Shown piece by piece: positions 23,219 to 31,390 of a stretch of 56,391 nucleotides of DNA. Source of the stretch: Armatimonadota bacterium (GTDB taxonomy: Bacteria > Sysuimicrobiota > Sysuimicrobiia > Sysuimicrobiales > Kaftiobacteriaceae); assembly GCA_037440005.1 (NCBI GenBank), contig JBBIUY010000017.1:1-56391 (forward strand), written 5' to 3'. Below the pieces are notes generated by a model, which was not told the origin of the DNA, did not search any database, and worked only from the letters and a program-made list of their open reading frames with translations. The translations under genes were made by a program, and so were the position numbers. Position 1 is the first letter of the stretch, and every line of letters starts with the position of its first letter.

Positions 23219-23343
23219 CTATTTTAAGCGCCGTTGGATGGTGCTGTCAAGCTCCAGTCTCGTACACGCCAGCGCGTCAAGACGGTCGGGCCTCCACTGC
23301 GCCAGGTGGTAAGTCCTTGATGGAGGAGTCCCGGGGTGCTAGT

Positions 23344-23356
23344 TTTGGAATCCGAA
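23344..23356. promoter_or_regulatory. Putative MarR operator TTTGGAATCCGAA
   Basis: Same TTnGGAnTCCnAA motif 5 nt before the marR ATG, an autoregulation position. Confidence 0.55.
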
Positions 23357-23361
23357 GGGAA

Positions 23362-24045
23362 ATGACTCTGACGGGTCGGTTCGAGGCGGCGTCGGGACCT
23401 CTGACCCGGCGCGTGGTGACTGGGCTGGCCAAGGTCGGCTTGGCCCTCAAGCACCGAGCGTGGGTGCACGCGGCGCAGCGCGCTCTCACGCCCACCCAGG
23501 CGCAAATCCTGTCCACCCTGGCCCTGGGGCGATCCGGACCGGAGGGAGTCCTGGACCTCGCCGCGCGGCTGGGCATTACCGCACCCACCGTCAGCGAGGC
23601 GGTACAGGCACTCATTCGCAAGGGATTGGTACGCAAGGAGCCGTCGGCAGCCGATGGCCGCCGGCGCCGGATCGTCCTGACGGCAGCGGGCCGACGGATG
23701 GCCAGGCAGGTGGCCGGCTGGCCTGATTTCCTGGCCGCCGGCGTGGAGGCGCTGACGGAAGGCGAACAGGCGGTGATGTTGCGCGCCTTACTGAAAATTA
23801 TCCGTACTCTTCAGGTGCGACGACAGATCCCCCTTTCGCGGATGTGCGTGACCTGCCGGTACTTCCGTCCCTACGCGCACCCCTCTCGCAAGTTCCCCCA
23901 TCACTGCGCGTTCGTGGATGCCCCCTTCGGAGACCATTACCTCCGCCTGGACTGCCCGGACCACCAGGCGGCCGACTCCGTGACCCAGACCCGCCTGTGG
24001 GCGCGGTTCTCCGCCGGCCCGACTGCGCGGGCGTCCCCGTCGTAG
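23362..24045 (+). CDS. MarR family regulator with C-terminal Cys/His metal-binding domain
   Basis: LTPTQAQIL, PTVSEAV..L.RKGLV, DGRR..LT wHTH; tail MCVTCRYF...HHC...RLDCPDH. Confidence 0.85.
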   Translation: MTLTGRFEAASGPLTRRVVTGLAKVGLALKHRAWVHAAQRALTPTQAQILSTLALGRSGPEGVLDLAARLGITAPTVSEAVQALIRKGLVRKEPSAADGRRRRIVLTAAGRRMARQVAGWPDFLAAGVEALTEGEQAVMLRALLKIIRTLQVRRQIPLSRMCVTCRYFRPYAHPSRKFPHHCAFVDAPFGDHYLRLDCPDHQAADSVTQTRLWARFSAGPTARASPS

Positions 24046-24076
24046 GGATCGGCGGCCGGGGTGCGAAGACACTCTC

Positions 24077-24982
24077 GTGACCTGGACCACCTTCCCCGCC
24101 CGCGAGCCGCCCCGGGAGGTCCGAGCGCTGGCCGAGCAGGTGGCCCGGGACGGCGGGCAGGTGCTGGCCGCCTACCAGGATCCCGTGGGCGAGCACTGGC
24201 AGCTGTTTTGCCTGCTGCCCATCCACCAGGTGGCGCCCACCCCCTACCAGCGCAACCTCTCGCCGGCCCACGTGAAGCGGCTGCAGGAGGTCATCCGCAA
24301 GCTGGACCGGTTCATCGACCCCATCGTGGCCGTGTCGCCTCGACCGGGGACCTACTGGACCCCCAACGGCGCCCACCGCCTGGAGGCGGCCCGCAAGCTG
24401 AAGGCCGAGGTCATCCCGACCATCCTCATCCCCGATCCGGCGGTGGCGTTCCACATCCTGGCCCTGAACACCGAGAAAGCCCACAACCTCAAGGAGAAGT
24501 CCCTGGAGGTCATCCGCATGTACCGGGGCCTGGCGGACGAACGCCCCCGGGACACCGAGGAGGACTTCGCCTTCCAGTTTGAGTCGGCCCACTTCATCAC
24601 CCTGGGCCTGCTGTACGACGCCAACCCGCGCTTTTCCGGCGGGGCGTTCGCGCCCCTGCTGCGCCGGGTGGACAAGTTCCTCAAGGCCCCGCTGCCCAAG
24701 GCGCTGGAGGAGCGCCAGGAACGGGCGGCGCTGGTGCGGCGGGCTGACGAGGCGCTCACCGCCGTGGTGACGCGCCTGCGGCGGCGGGGCATCAACCACC
24801 CCTACGTGAAGAACTACGTGCTGGCCCGCACCACGCCGCTGACCCGCGCCCGCAAGACGGTGCCGTCCTTCGAGACCGCCCTGAAGAGGCTGATCGAGAA
24901 TCTGGAAGCCTTCGACGTGGACAAAGTCCGCTACGAAGACATCGCGCGGGCCGCCCTGATGGCGGCCCCGGGCGGTGGGTAG
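24077..24982 (+). CDS. ParB/Srx N-terminal domain protein
   Basis: PTPYQRNLS, FIDPI, TPNGAHRLEA (GxxR box), ALNTEKAHNL. Confidence 0.75.
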   Translation: MTWTTFPAREPPREVRALAEQVARDGGQVLAAYQDPVGEHWQLFCLLPIHQVAPTPYQRNLSPAHVKRLQEVIRKLDRFIDPIVAVSPRPGTYWTPNGAHRLEAARKLKAEVIPTILIPDPAVAFHILALNTEKAHNLKEKSLEVIRMYRGLADERPRDTEEDFAFQFESAHFITLGLLYDANPRFSGGAFAPLLRRVDKFLKAPLPKALEERQERAALVRRADEALTAVVTRLRRRGINHPYVKNYVLARTTPLTRARKTVPSFETALKRLIENLEAFDVDKVRYEDIARAALMAAPGGG

Positions 24983-24997
24983 ACCGCGCGGGCGTGA

Positions 24998-25747
24998 TCA
25001 GCCCCGGCGCCCGTGCAGGCCCGCAAGAACCGGCATGGCCTGCACCATGGATGGTGAGATGAAGTCCCACAGGATCCCGGCGGGGCGGGGGAGTCCGCGC
25101 GAAGCCGGGATGACCCGCGTGGGAGTCACGATGATGTCCACCGGCACGTCAAACGGCTCCCGCGGAATGTGGTCGACGACCTGCACGTCGTGCACCGTGG
25201 TCGCCACCGGCGTCCGGGGGTCCGCCAGCCCCAGCTCGGCGAGGATCCCGTACTCGAGCTCGCTGTAGCCTTCCCCCTTGCCCACCCGCGCCTCGTCCGG
25301 GGCCACCGCCACCGACCCGACGACGATCAGGTCGGGCCGGGGGAGGTCGTCCAGGTCCACCGGCCGGCCGAACCGCCGCGCCCCCGCGATCGACGCGGCC
25401 GCGGTCAGATGCGCGGGCGGAATGGCCACCGGGTCCAGCACCAGGAACCCCCCGCGCAGCCGCGGGGTGGGCATCAGGACCGTCTTGCCTGCCCGCAGGG
25501 CCGCCAGGCGGACGGGCCGCTGGGGAGCCTGGGGGTTGCACTTGACGACGCGGGCCCGGACACACACCGGAAGCTGGCTGAGGCGGGCCGCGGCAGCCTC
25601 GTCCCCGACAAAGTTGGGGATTCGCCCCCACACCGGCCGGGGAAACCGGGCTACGCCCTGCCGCTCCAGGCGATCCCAGATACGTTCCCGCAGCGCTTTT
25701 TTGGCGGCCCGCACCGCCTCCACCGACACATCCCCGCTCACAGCCAT
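24998..25747 (-). CDS. 5-formyltetrahydrofolate cyclo-ligase family protein (MTHFSD-like)
   Basis: RIPNFVG, PTPRLRGG, GSVAV, RVGKGEGYSELEY, DVPVDIIVTP. Confidence 0.85.
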   Translation of the reverse strand: MAVSGDVSVEAVRAAKKALRERIWDRLERQGVARFPRPVWGRIPNFVGDEAAAARLSQLPVCVRARVVKCNPQAPQRPVRLAALRAGKTVLMPTPRLRGGFLVLDPVAIPPAHLTAAASIAGARRFGRPVDLDDLPRPDLIVVGSVAVAPDEARVGKGEGYSELEYGILAELGLADPRTPVATTVHDVQVVDHIPREPFDVPVDIIVTPTRVIPASRGLPRPAGILWDFISPSMVQAMPVLAGLHGRRG

Positions 25748-25750
25748 CGT

Positions 25751-25831
25751 CTCACTTTCGCGCGACACTGTCCGGGGGCCCTGCTCGCTTTCCCGCGAAT
25801 GCGCCGGGCGGCCTCCGCGCTTTCTCGCGAT
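25751..25831. repeat. Three degenerate copies of a 16-bp motif (CTCACTTTCGCGCGAC-like), 32-33 bp period
   Basis: Copies start at 25751, 25784 and 25816; the same motif forms the inverted repeat at 26694-26745. Confidence 0.6.
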
Positions 25832-25881
25832 TCCAAGCGGGGGGTGTGCGCACCAGGACGCGCTCGCCGGCCCCTCTGTCA

Positions 25882-26238
25882 TCAGGACTCCAGAAGGCGC
25901 TGAACACGCTCGACCAGCTGGCCGACAGTGAACGGACGGCCGAGCACGCGGCCGGGGGGCAGGTGAGCTACGTCGTCCCGCTCGAGGGCGCCGACCAGGA
26001 CCAGCAGGCGGTCCGGGGAGGTACCGAGGAGGTCGCGGAGGGCATCGCCGTTTTCGGCGAGCCCGACCAGATCCACGATCACCAGGCGCGGGCTCACCCC
26101 CGCGCGCAGCAGCGCTCGGGCGTGACGGGCCCGAGGTACGGCCATGACCTCGTACCCCTGTTCCACCAACTCCGCAAGAGCGAACCCCCGCAGACGACGG
26201 TCGGGAATCACCAGGAGAACATCCACCTCGTCAGCCAT
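25882..26238 (-). CDS. Degenerate single-domain response-regulator receiver
   Basis: VLLVIPD..GYEV..PRLVIVDL..GRPFT..L: receiver fold with altered acidic pocket and KP changed to RP. Confidence 0.6.
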   Translation of the reverse strand: MADEVDVLLVIPDRRLRGFALAELVEQGYEVMAVPRARHARALLRAGVSPRLVIVDLVGLAENGDALRDLLGTSPDRLLVLVGALERDDVAHLPPGRVLGRPFTVGQLVERVQRLLES

Positions 26239-26639
26239 CGGCGCACCCGACCCCAGGACGCTACGACCCACCCGGGACGCCTGTCCTCCGCACGGACCGG
26301 CCCTCCGTTACCGGACGCGACGCCGATTCCCTCCCCCTGGCGCACGGCATCCACCACGACCGCTGTGAGCACCTGCGCCAGGGGCGGCGCGCTCGCAGGA
26401 AGCCGGTAGGACACCCGCCCGCGCAGGATCGTCCCCTCGACCAGTCCTGCGCGCTCCAGTATCCGCAGATTTCTGGATACGGTCTTGAGAGGAATCCCCA
26501 GATCCGCCGACAGGGCGCGGAGTTCTCGCGGCTCCCGATGGGCGAGCGCAACCAGCAGCAGCAGGCGGCGTCGGTAGGCCACGGCCTTGAGGACCGTTTC
26601 CACCGGACGCACGGACGGATGGCGGAGACGGGGGCTCAT
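26208..26639 (-). CDS. ArsR/SmtB family wHTH regulator
   Basis: LKAVAYRRRLLLL...TVSRNLRILERAGLV...YRL; an atypical C-terminal tail overlaps the next gene by 31 nt. Confidence 0.75.
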   Translation of the reverse strand: MSPRLRHPSVRPVETVLKAVAYRRRLLLLVALAHREPRELRALSADLGIPLKTVSRNLRILERAGLVEGTILRGRVSYRLPASAPPLAQVLTAVVVDAVRQGEGIGVASGNGGPVRAEDRRPGWVVASWGRVRRWLTRWMFSW

Positions 26640-26675
26640 CACCCCCAGTATCCGAACCCCGCGGTAGCGTGACAA

Positions 26676-26691
26676 TGACCTCTTTGGGTCA
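26676..26691. promoter_or_regulatory. Palindrome TGACC-N6-GGTCA, putative ArsR operator overlapping a TTGACC -35
   Basis: Seen about 40 nt upstream of the arsR-family start. Confidence 0.45.
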
Positions 26692-26693
26692 AT

Positions 26694-26745
26694 CGGCTCA
26701 CTTTCGCGCGACCCTGCCCCAACGGGTTCGCGCGAAAGTGAGCCG
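26694..26745. repeat. Perfect 18-bp inverted repeat (REP-like hairpin or terminator)
   Basis: CGGCTCACTTTCGCGCGA-N16-TCGCGCGAAAGTGAGCCG just after the response-regulator stop. Confidence 0.8.
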
Positions 26746-26752
26746 GAGGGCA

Positions 26753-27352
26753 TCAAAACGAGCGGCCGCAGCGAGGGCACACGAAATGCGCCCAAAACCA
26801 CGCGCCCGACGGCCGGCTGTCGTCGGGCACCAGCTCCACCTCCAGCGCCACCCGGCAGTCCGGACACTCCAGCAGGTGAGGAAAGCCAAAGTCCTGCGCC
26901 AGGCGTGCGGCGTCCCCGCGCCCTTCGGCCACGTGCAGGCGGTAGGCCGCGAGCCGTCCGCGGTGGTCGGGCTTTTCCAGAAGGCCGCGGACCTTGCTCA
27001 GCACGTCCCGCGGGGGTGTGAATCCCTTGACCAAATAGTCGGCGGCGCCCAGGCCCAGCCCGCGGGCGATGGCCTCCTGATCGTCCTCCACCGACAGGAT
27101 GATCACGGGTATGCCGCGGGTGGCGTCGTCGGCCCGCAACCGTTCCAGCACGTCGTATCCCGACAGGGTCGGAAGGTACAGGTCCAGCAGGATCAGGTCG
27201 GGACGGCGGGTACGCACCATCTCCAGGGCCTCCTCGCCCCGGCTGGCCTCCCACACCTGGTATCCCGCTCGGGTCAGCAGGGCGCGGTACAGGGCCCGGG
27301 AGCGCTCGTGGTCGTCCACGACCAGGATGGCGGCACCGGGCGTCCCCGCCAT
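26753..27352 (-). CDS. Response regulator: receiver plus C-terminal zinc-ribbon-like domain
   Basis: ILVVDD, LILLDLYLP, LS, YLVK receiver motifs; tail CPDC-x24-CPRC. Confidence 0.85.
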   Translation of the reverse strand: MAGTPGAAILVVDDHERSRALYRALLTRAGYQVWEASRGEEALEMVRTRRPDLILLDLYLPTLSGYDVLERLRADDATRGIPVIILSVEDDQEAIARGLGLGAADYLVKGFTPPRDVLSKVRGLLEKPDHRGRLAAYRLHVAEGRGDAARLAQDFGFPHLLECPDCRVALEVELVPDDSRPSGAWFWAHFVCPRCGRSF

Positions 27353-27439
27353 GGTTTCATCATAGCGCAGCCGCCGGGGCATCCGGCCCAGGGTGGAGGC
27401 CGGTGGGGTGCCGAAAGTCCTGCGGGGAGGGGTGCGGTC

Positions 27440-28150
27440 GTGCCCTCGGTTCCCGGGGTCTGGGGGCGTCTGCCCGTCGTCAGCGCCGTGCTGCTGGTGG
27501 TCCTGGCGGCCGCGCCGCCGGATCCCTTTGCGGCGCGCCGGGAGCAGATGGTGCGGGAGCAGATTGAAGCCCGCGGGATCCGCGACCCGCGGGTCCTGGC
27601 GGCCATGCGCCGGGTGCCCCGTCACCTGTTCGTGGACCGCAGCCTGCAGGACCTGGCCTACGCCGACCGGCCGCTGCCCATCGGCTACGGCCAGACCATC
27701 TCGCAACCGTACATCGTGGCGCTGATGACCGTGCGGGCGCGGGTGCGGCGGGGGGACCGGGTGCTGGAGGTCGGGACCGGGTCGGGCTACCAGGCCGCGA
27801 TCCTGGCGGAGCTGACCGACCAGGTCTATACTATCGAGATTATCGAGGCCCTCGCCCGCCAGGCGCAGCAGCGCCTGCGCAGTCTGGGATACACGACGGT
27901 GAGGACCCGCATCGGGGACGGCTACTTCGGCTGGCCGGAGGCGGCCCCCTTCGACGCCATCCTGGTCACGGCGGCGCCCGACCACGTGCCGCCGCCGCTG
28001 GTCCAGCAGCTCGCCGACGGGGGCCGGCTGGTCGTCCCCGTCGGGCCGCCGGGCCTGGTGCAAACCCTGTGGCTGATCACCAAACAGGCCGACCGGCTGG
28101 TCCAGGAAAACCTGGGGTCCGTCCTGTTCGTCCCCCTGGTCCGCCGGTAG
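27440..28150 (+). CDS. pcm: Protein-L-isoaspartate O-methyltransferase
   Basis: VPRHLFV, GQTISQPY, VLEVGTGSGYQAA, APFDAILVTAA, FVPL; hydrophobic N-terminal leader; GTG start after GGGGAGG. Confidence 0.92.
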   Translation: MPSVPGVWGRLPVVSAVLLVVLAAAPPDPFAARREQMVREQIEARGIRDPRVLAAMRRVPRHLFVDRSLQDLAYADRPLPIGYGQTISQPYIVALMTVRARVRRGDRVLEVGTGSGYQAAILAELTDQVYTIEIIEALARQAQQRLRSLGYTTVRTRIGDGYFGWPEAAPFDAILVTAAPDHVPPPLVQQLADGGRLVVPVGPPGLVQTLWLITKQADRLVQENLGSVLFVPLVRR

Positions 28151-28186
28151 GGCGGTTTTCTGCGCCCTCTTCCGACGGCGCCCCCT

Positions 28187-30550
28187 TCACGCTGTGGGCC
28201 GCGCCGCTGGCGAGCTCCCAGACCCCGCTCCCACCCGGGACGCCAGCACCCCGGCGGCGGCGTAGGCCAGGGCTCCCCCGATCTGCACAGCGTCAAATCC
28301 CCACTGCAGGGCCGCCACGGCGCTGGCCAGGCTGGCCACCACCGAGGCGAACCCGTTGACGCCCCACGCCCAGGGCACCAGCTCGGGCCGGTGCCGCAGT
28401 CGCACCACGCCGGGGGCGAACGGCAACCCCATCGGAACGCCCAGGATGGCCACCACCGCGCAGGCCACCGCCAGCCGCATCGCCCACGGCCACCGCAGGG
28501 CGGCCTGGGTCACGGACTCCACCCCCAGGGCCGCGCCTGTCACCACCGCCGCCACCACAGCCAGCAGCGCCGGCAGCCGGTGCTGGACGCGAGCGGACGC
28601 CAGGCTTCCCACGCCGGAGGCGGCCAGCATGCCGCCCACGACCACCGCCAGCGCGTAGGTGGGGTGTCCCAGCAGCAGGATGAACCGCTGCATCACGGGG
28701 ATCTCGACGGCCAGGTAGCCCAACCCCAGCATCACAAAGTAGCCCACGGTGGGCAGCGCCCCGGCCGGCACGGGGCCCAACCGCCGCAGGGGAATCAGGA
28801 TCAGCCCCGCCGACAGCAGCACCACCGTGCCCAGGGCGGCCACCAGCACCAGATAACCGCTGCCGCCGAACGGCTGCCAGGTACGGCCGAGAGCGGCCAG
28901 CACCGCGCCCGCCTGACGCCAGCGGAAGAAGTGGAAGAAGAACGGGCGGCCGTCCCGGACCGGGCGGACGTCGAACGGACTGCGGGCGTACACCTCTTCC
29001 CGGGTGCGGGGGTCCAGCAGGGCCAGCAACGCCTCCCGGTAGAGGTCGTGGGGCAGCACCTGGTATCGATTGGCCTCCGCCGGTCCGGCGCCGGGAGCGT
29101 AGGGGAGGTCGAAGTGATGCACCCGCGCGAACGTCCTCAGGCGGGACGCGTCCTGGGGAGTCCACGGACGGCGGCTGACCACGACGGTCAGGGTGTTCAG
29201 CGAGCGCAGCGCGGCCAGGTGGCGCTGGGGCCGCAGCCCCATCTGTTCCAGGGCGACGGCGGCCGTCGCCCACAGGCGAGCCTCCTCGCTGGGGGGCTGC
29301 TGCAGCCAGCGGGTCGCCACCAGCAGACCGTCCGGTCGCAACGCCCGGATCCACTCGGCCAGCGCCTCCACCGTGTACCCGTAGGTCTCCGCCAGGGAAA
29401 ATGCCCCCGCCGCCACCACCTGAAAGCTCTCCCGCAGGGGCAGGACGATGACGTCGAAGCGGTCCCCGCTGCGCCGGAGGTACGCCCGGGCGTCGTCGGC
29501 CACCATCGCACGGTACACCTCAGGGGCCACCGCCCGGGCGGCCTCCCGGACGGCCGGATCGGGTTCGGCCACGACCACGGAGGCCCCCCGGCGGACCCCC
29601 AGAGCCGCCTCCGGGCCTCCGGCGGACACCACCAGCACACGGAGGCGGGAGGGGGCGCGCAGGGCGAACACCACCGCCTGGGGCAGAAACTCGGTGTAGC
29701 CGGCGGCCGAGGCGGCGACCAGCGGCCGGGGTCCGTCGCCATCGACCAGAACCACCGGAGAGGGGGGAACCGGTCCCCGGTAGGTGGTGCTGAGGCCGGC
29801 GGCGGCGTGGATTGCGTCGCTGCGGACGACATCCACCCGCCCCAGGGGCGTCCAGCGGGTGATGATGATCTGTGCGTCGGGGAACTGTCGGTACACACTG
29901 AGGGGCTTGTAGGGCGACAGGCGCAGCGGGAGGTCTCCTCCCGCCGCGAAGGCGGCCAGCGCCGCCGCGGCCAGCCCCGCTCCGACCCGCCGGGCGGGAG
30001 CGCTGTACAGCAAGGCCGCCGCGGCCGCGGCGAGGGCGGCGGACACCAGCACCGCATTGGGAGCGGGCAGGACCCACAGGACCCCCACCGCCCCCAGCGC
30101 GCCGGCCGCCGATCCTCCCAGCGAGGCCCCGTACAGGACCGGGGCCCGTCCCGGAGTCTCGACCAGCGCGGCGCCCACCGCCAGCCCCGCGCCCAAGAAC
30201 GGCAGGGCCAGCGCGCCCAGCTGGACGGCCAGGTACAGCGCCTGCACGGGTTCCAGCGCGATGCGGTAGGGGTCAAAGGGGATCACAATCAGAGCCGCCG
30301 CCGCCCCCACCGCCGCGGCGGCCGTGGCGATGCAGGCGTCGGCCGCCCGTCCCCGCAGGGCAGGCACCGTTGCCAGCGCCGTCCCGCTGGCCCCAAACCC
30401 CAGCAGGCCGACGGCGACGGCGATGACGGCAAAGTGGTACCAGTACACCAGCGAAAACAGGCGGGTGTACGCCACCTCCAGCAGCAGCGCGGAGGCCGAG
30501 ACGACGGCGACAGCCGCCGGTGTGGCTCGGGTCGGGGACGGGACGGTCAC
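28187..30550 (-). CDS. Membrane-embedded spermidine-synthase-like SAM-fold protein
   Basis: N- and C-terminal TM bundles (LLEVAYTRLFS, GLGYLAVE, WAWGVNG) around a DARAYL..FDVI..YTVEA..L.PDG MTase-like core; GTG start inferred. Confidence 0.82.
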   Translation of the reverse strand: MTVPSPTRATPAAVAVVSASALLLEVAYTRLFSLVYWYHFAVIAVAVGLLGFGASGTALATVPALRGRAADACIATAAAAVGAAAALIVIPFDPYRIALEPVQALYLAVQLGALALPFLGAGLAVGAALVETPGRAPVLYGASLGGSAAGALGAVGVLWVLPAPNAVLVSAALAAAAAALLYSAPARRVGAGLAAAALAAFAAGGDLPLRLSPYKPLSVYRQFPDAQIIITRWTPLGRVDVVRSDAIHAAAGLSTTYRGPVPPSPVVLVDGDGPRPLVAASAAGYTEFLPQAVVFALRAPSRLRVLVVSAGGPEAALGVRRGASVVVAEPDPAVREAARAVAPEVYRAMVADDARAYLRRSGDRFDVIVLPLRESFQVVAAGAFSLAETYGYTVEALAEWIRALRPDGLLVATRWLQQPPSEEARLWATAAVALEQMGLRPQRHLAALRSLNTLTVVVSRRPWTPQDASRLRTFARVHHFDLPYAPGAGPAEANRYQVLPHDLYREALLALLDPRTREEVYARSPFDVRPVRDGRPFFFHFFRWRQAGAVLAALGRTWQPFGGSGYLVLVAALGTVVLLSAGLILIPLRRLGPVPAGALPTVGYFVMLGLGYLAVEIPVMQRFILLLGHPTYALAVVVGGMLAASGVGSLASARVQHRLPALLAVVAAVVTGAALGVESVTQAALRWPWAMRLAVACAVVAILGVPMGLPFAPGVVRLRHRPELVPWAWGVNGFASVVASLASAVAALQWGFDAVQIGGALAYAAAGVLASRVGAGSGSSPAARPTA

Positions 30551-30579
30551 GGAACCCCGCCGGGACGGGTGCAGGCCGG

Positions 30580-31260
30580 CTACGGATCCCAGTTCGACGC
30601 CGGCACCAGGTCCACCACCCGCACGTCCACCACGAACAGGCTGCGGCCGCCCAGCGCCAGCACGCGCCGTCCGTTGGGCGGGAGGGCCACCGTCAGACGC
30701 TGCAGGAGCGCGACCGTGGGATGGACGACGATCACCGTGGCCTCGGCGACCACCAGGGCCACCGGCAGGGCGCCGGTGTCTGCGGTCAGCACCAGCTCGC
30801 CCGGACCCGCCTGCCCGGTCACCCGCACCCGGGCGAGCATCAGCGGGCGGTACAGATCCAGAGGCACGGACCGGCGCGCTTCGGCCAGCGCCACGCCGAG
30901 GCCGTCCGCCGTCCCGACGCGCACCACGTACTCCCGCACCAGCACCGGGCCCAGGGGCAGGCGGACGGCAAACCGCTCGCTCGCGCCCGATGGCACCTCC
31001 CAGGGGATGCCGTCGCTGCCGAAGGCCGCCGGGGCGCCGTCCGGAGCGAACCCCGTCACGTCCACCACCAGCCCGCGGACCGGACGCGGCCCCGCGTTGC
31101 GCAGCCACCCGGTAACCACCAGCGTGGTCCCGTCCACCGCGTGGGCCACAGCCACCAGCGCCACCGGGGGTCCGCCGGCAGACGCCCGGCCGACCCCGGC
31201 CACAGCCGCCAGCAGGACGGCCACGATCCCGCAGCAGACGACCGGCCGCACCGTACCCAC
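30580..31260 (-). CDS. Exported hypothetical protein (FxLYD/Ig-like beta-rich)
   Basis: Signal peptide ..ASA, VTGWLRN, beta-rich; RBS GGAGGGAGG. Confidence 0.6.
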   Translation of the reverse strand: MGTVRPVVCCGIVAVLLAAVAGVGRASAGGPPVALVAVAHAVDGTTLVVTGWLRNAGPRPVRGLVVDVTGFAPDGAPAAFGSDGIPWEVPSGASERFAVRLPLGPVLVREYVVRVGTADGLGVALAEARRSVPLDLYRPLMLARVRVTGQAGPGELVLTADTGALPVALVVAEATVIVVHPTVALLQRLTVALPPNGRRVLALGGRSLFVVDVRVVDLVPASNWDP

Positions 31261-31296
31261 AGGACCTCCCTCCCCGGTGTACGGACCGGGCGAGTG

Positions 31297-31327
31297 AGGC
31301 GTTCACGGCATCCTCACAGATCTGTGA
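31297..31327. promoter_or_regulatory. 11-bp-spaced GTGA direct repeat plus perfect 14-bp palindrome TCACAGATCTGTGA
   Basis: Lies between divergent genes; OmpR-type box geometry; similar box at 33497-33517. Confidence 0.45.
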
Positions 31328-31390
31328 TCGGCCCCCGGCAGGAGTCCGCGGAGGCCGCCGGCAAAGGGACCGCGGGCGGGTGAGGCGGGC

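Noticed and set aside
31294..31306. CRP/FNR site GTGA-N5-TCAC
   Set aside because: The spacer is 5 nt rather than the required 6.
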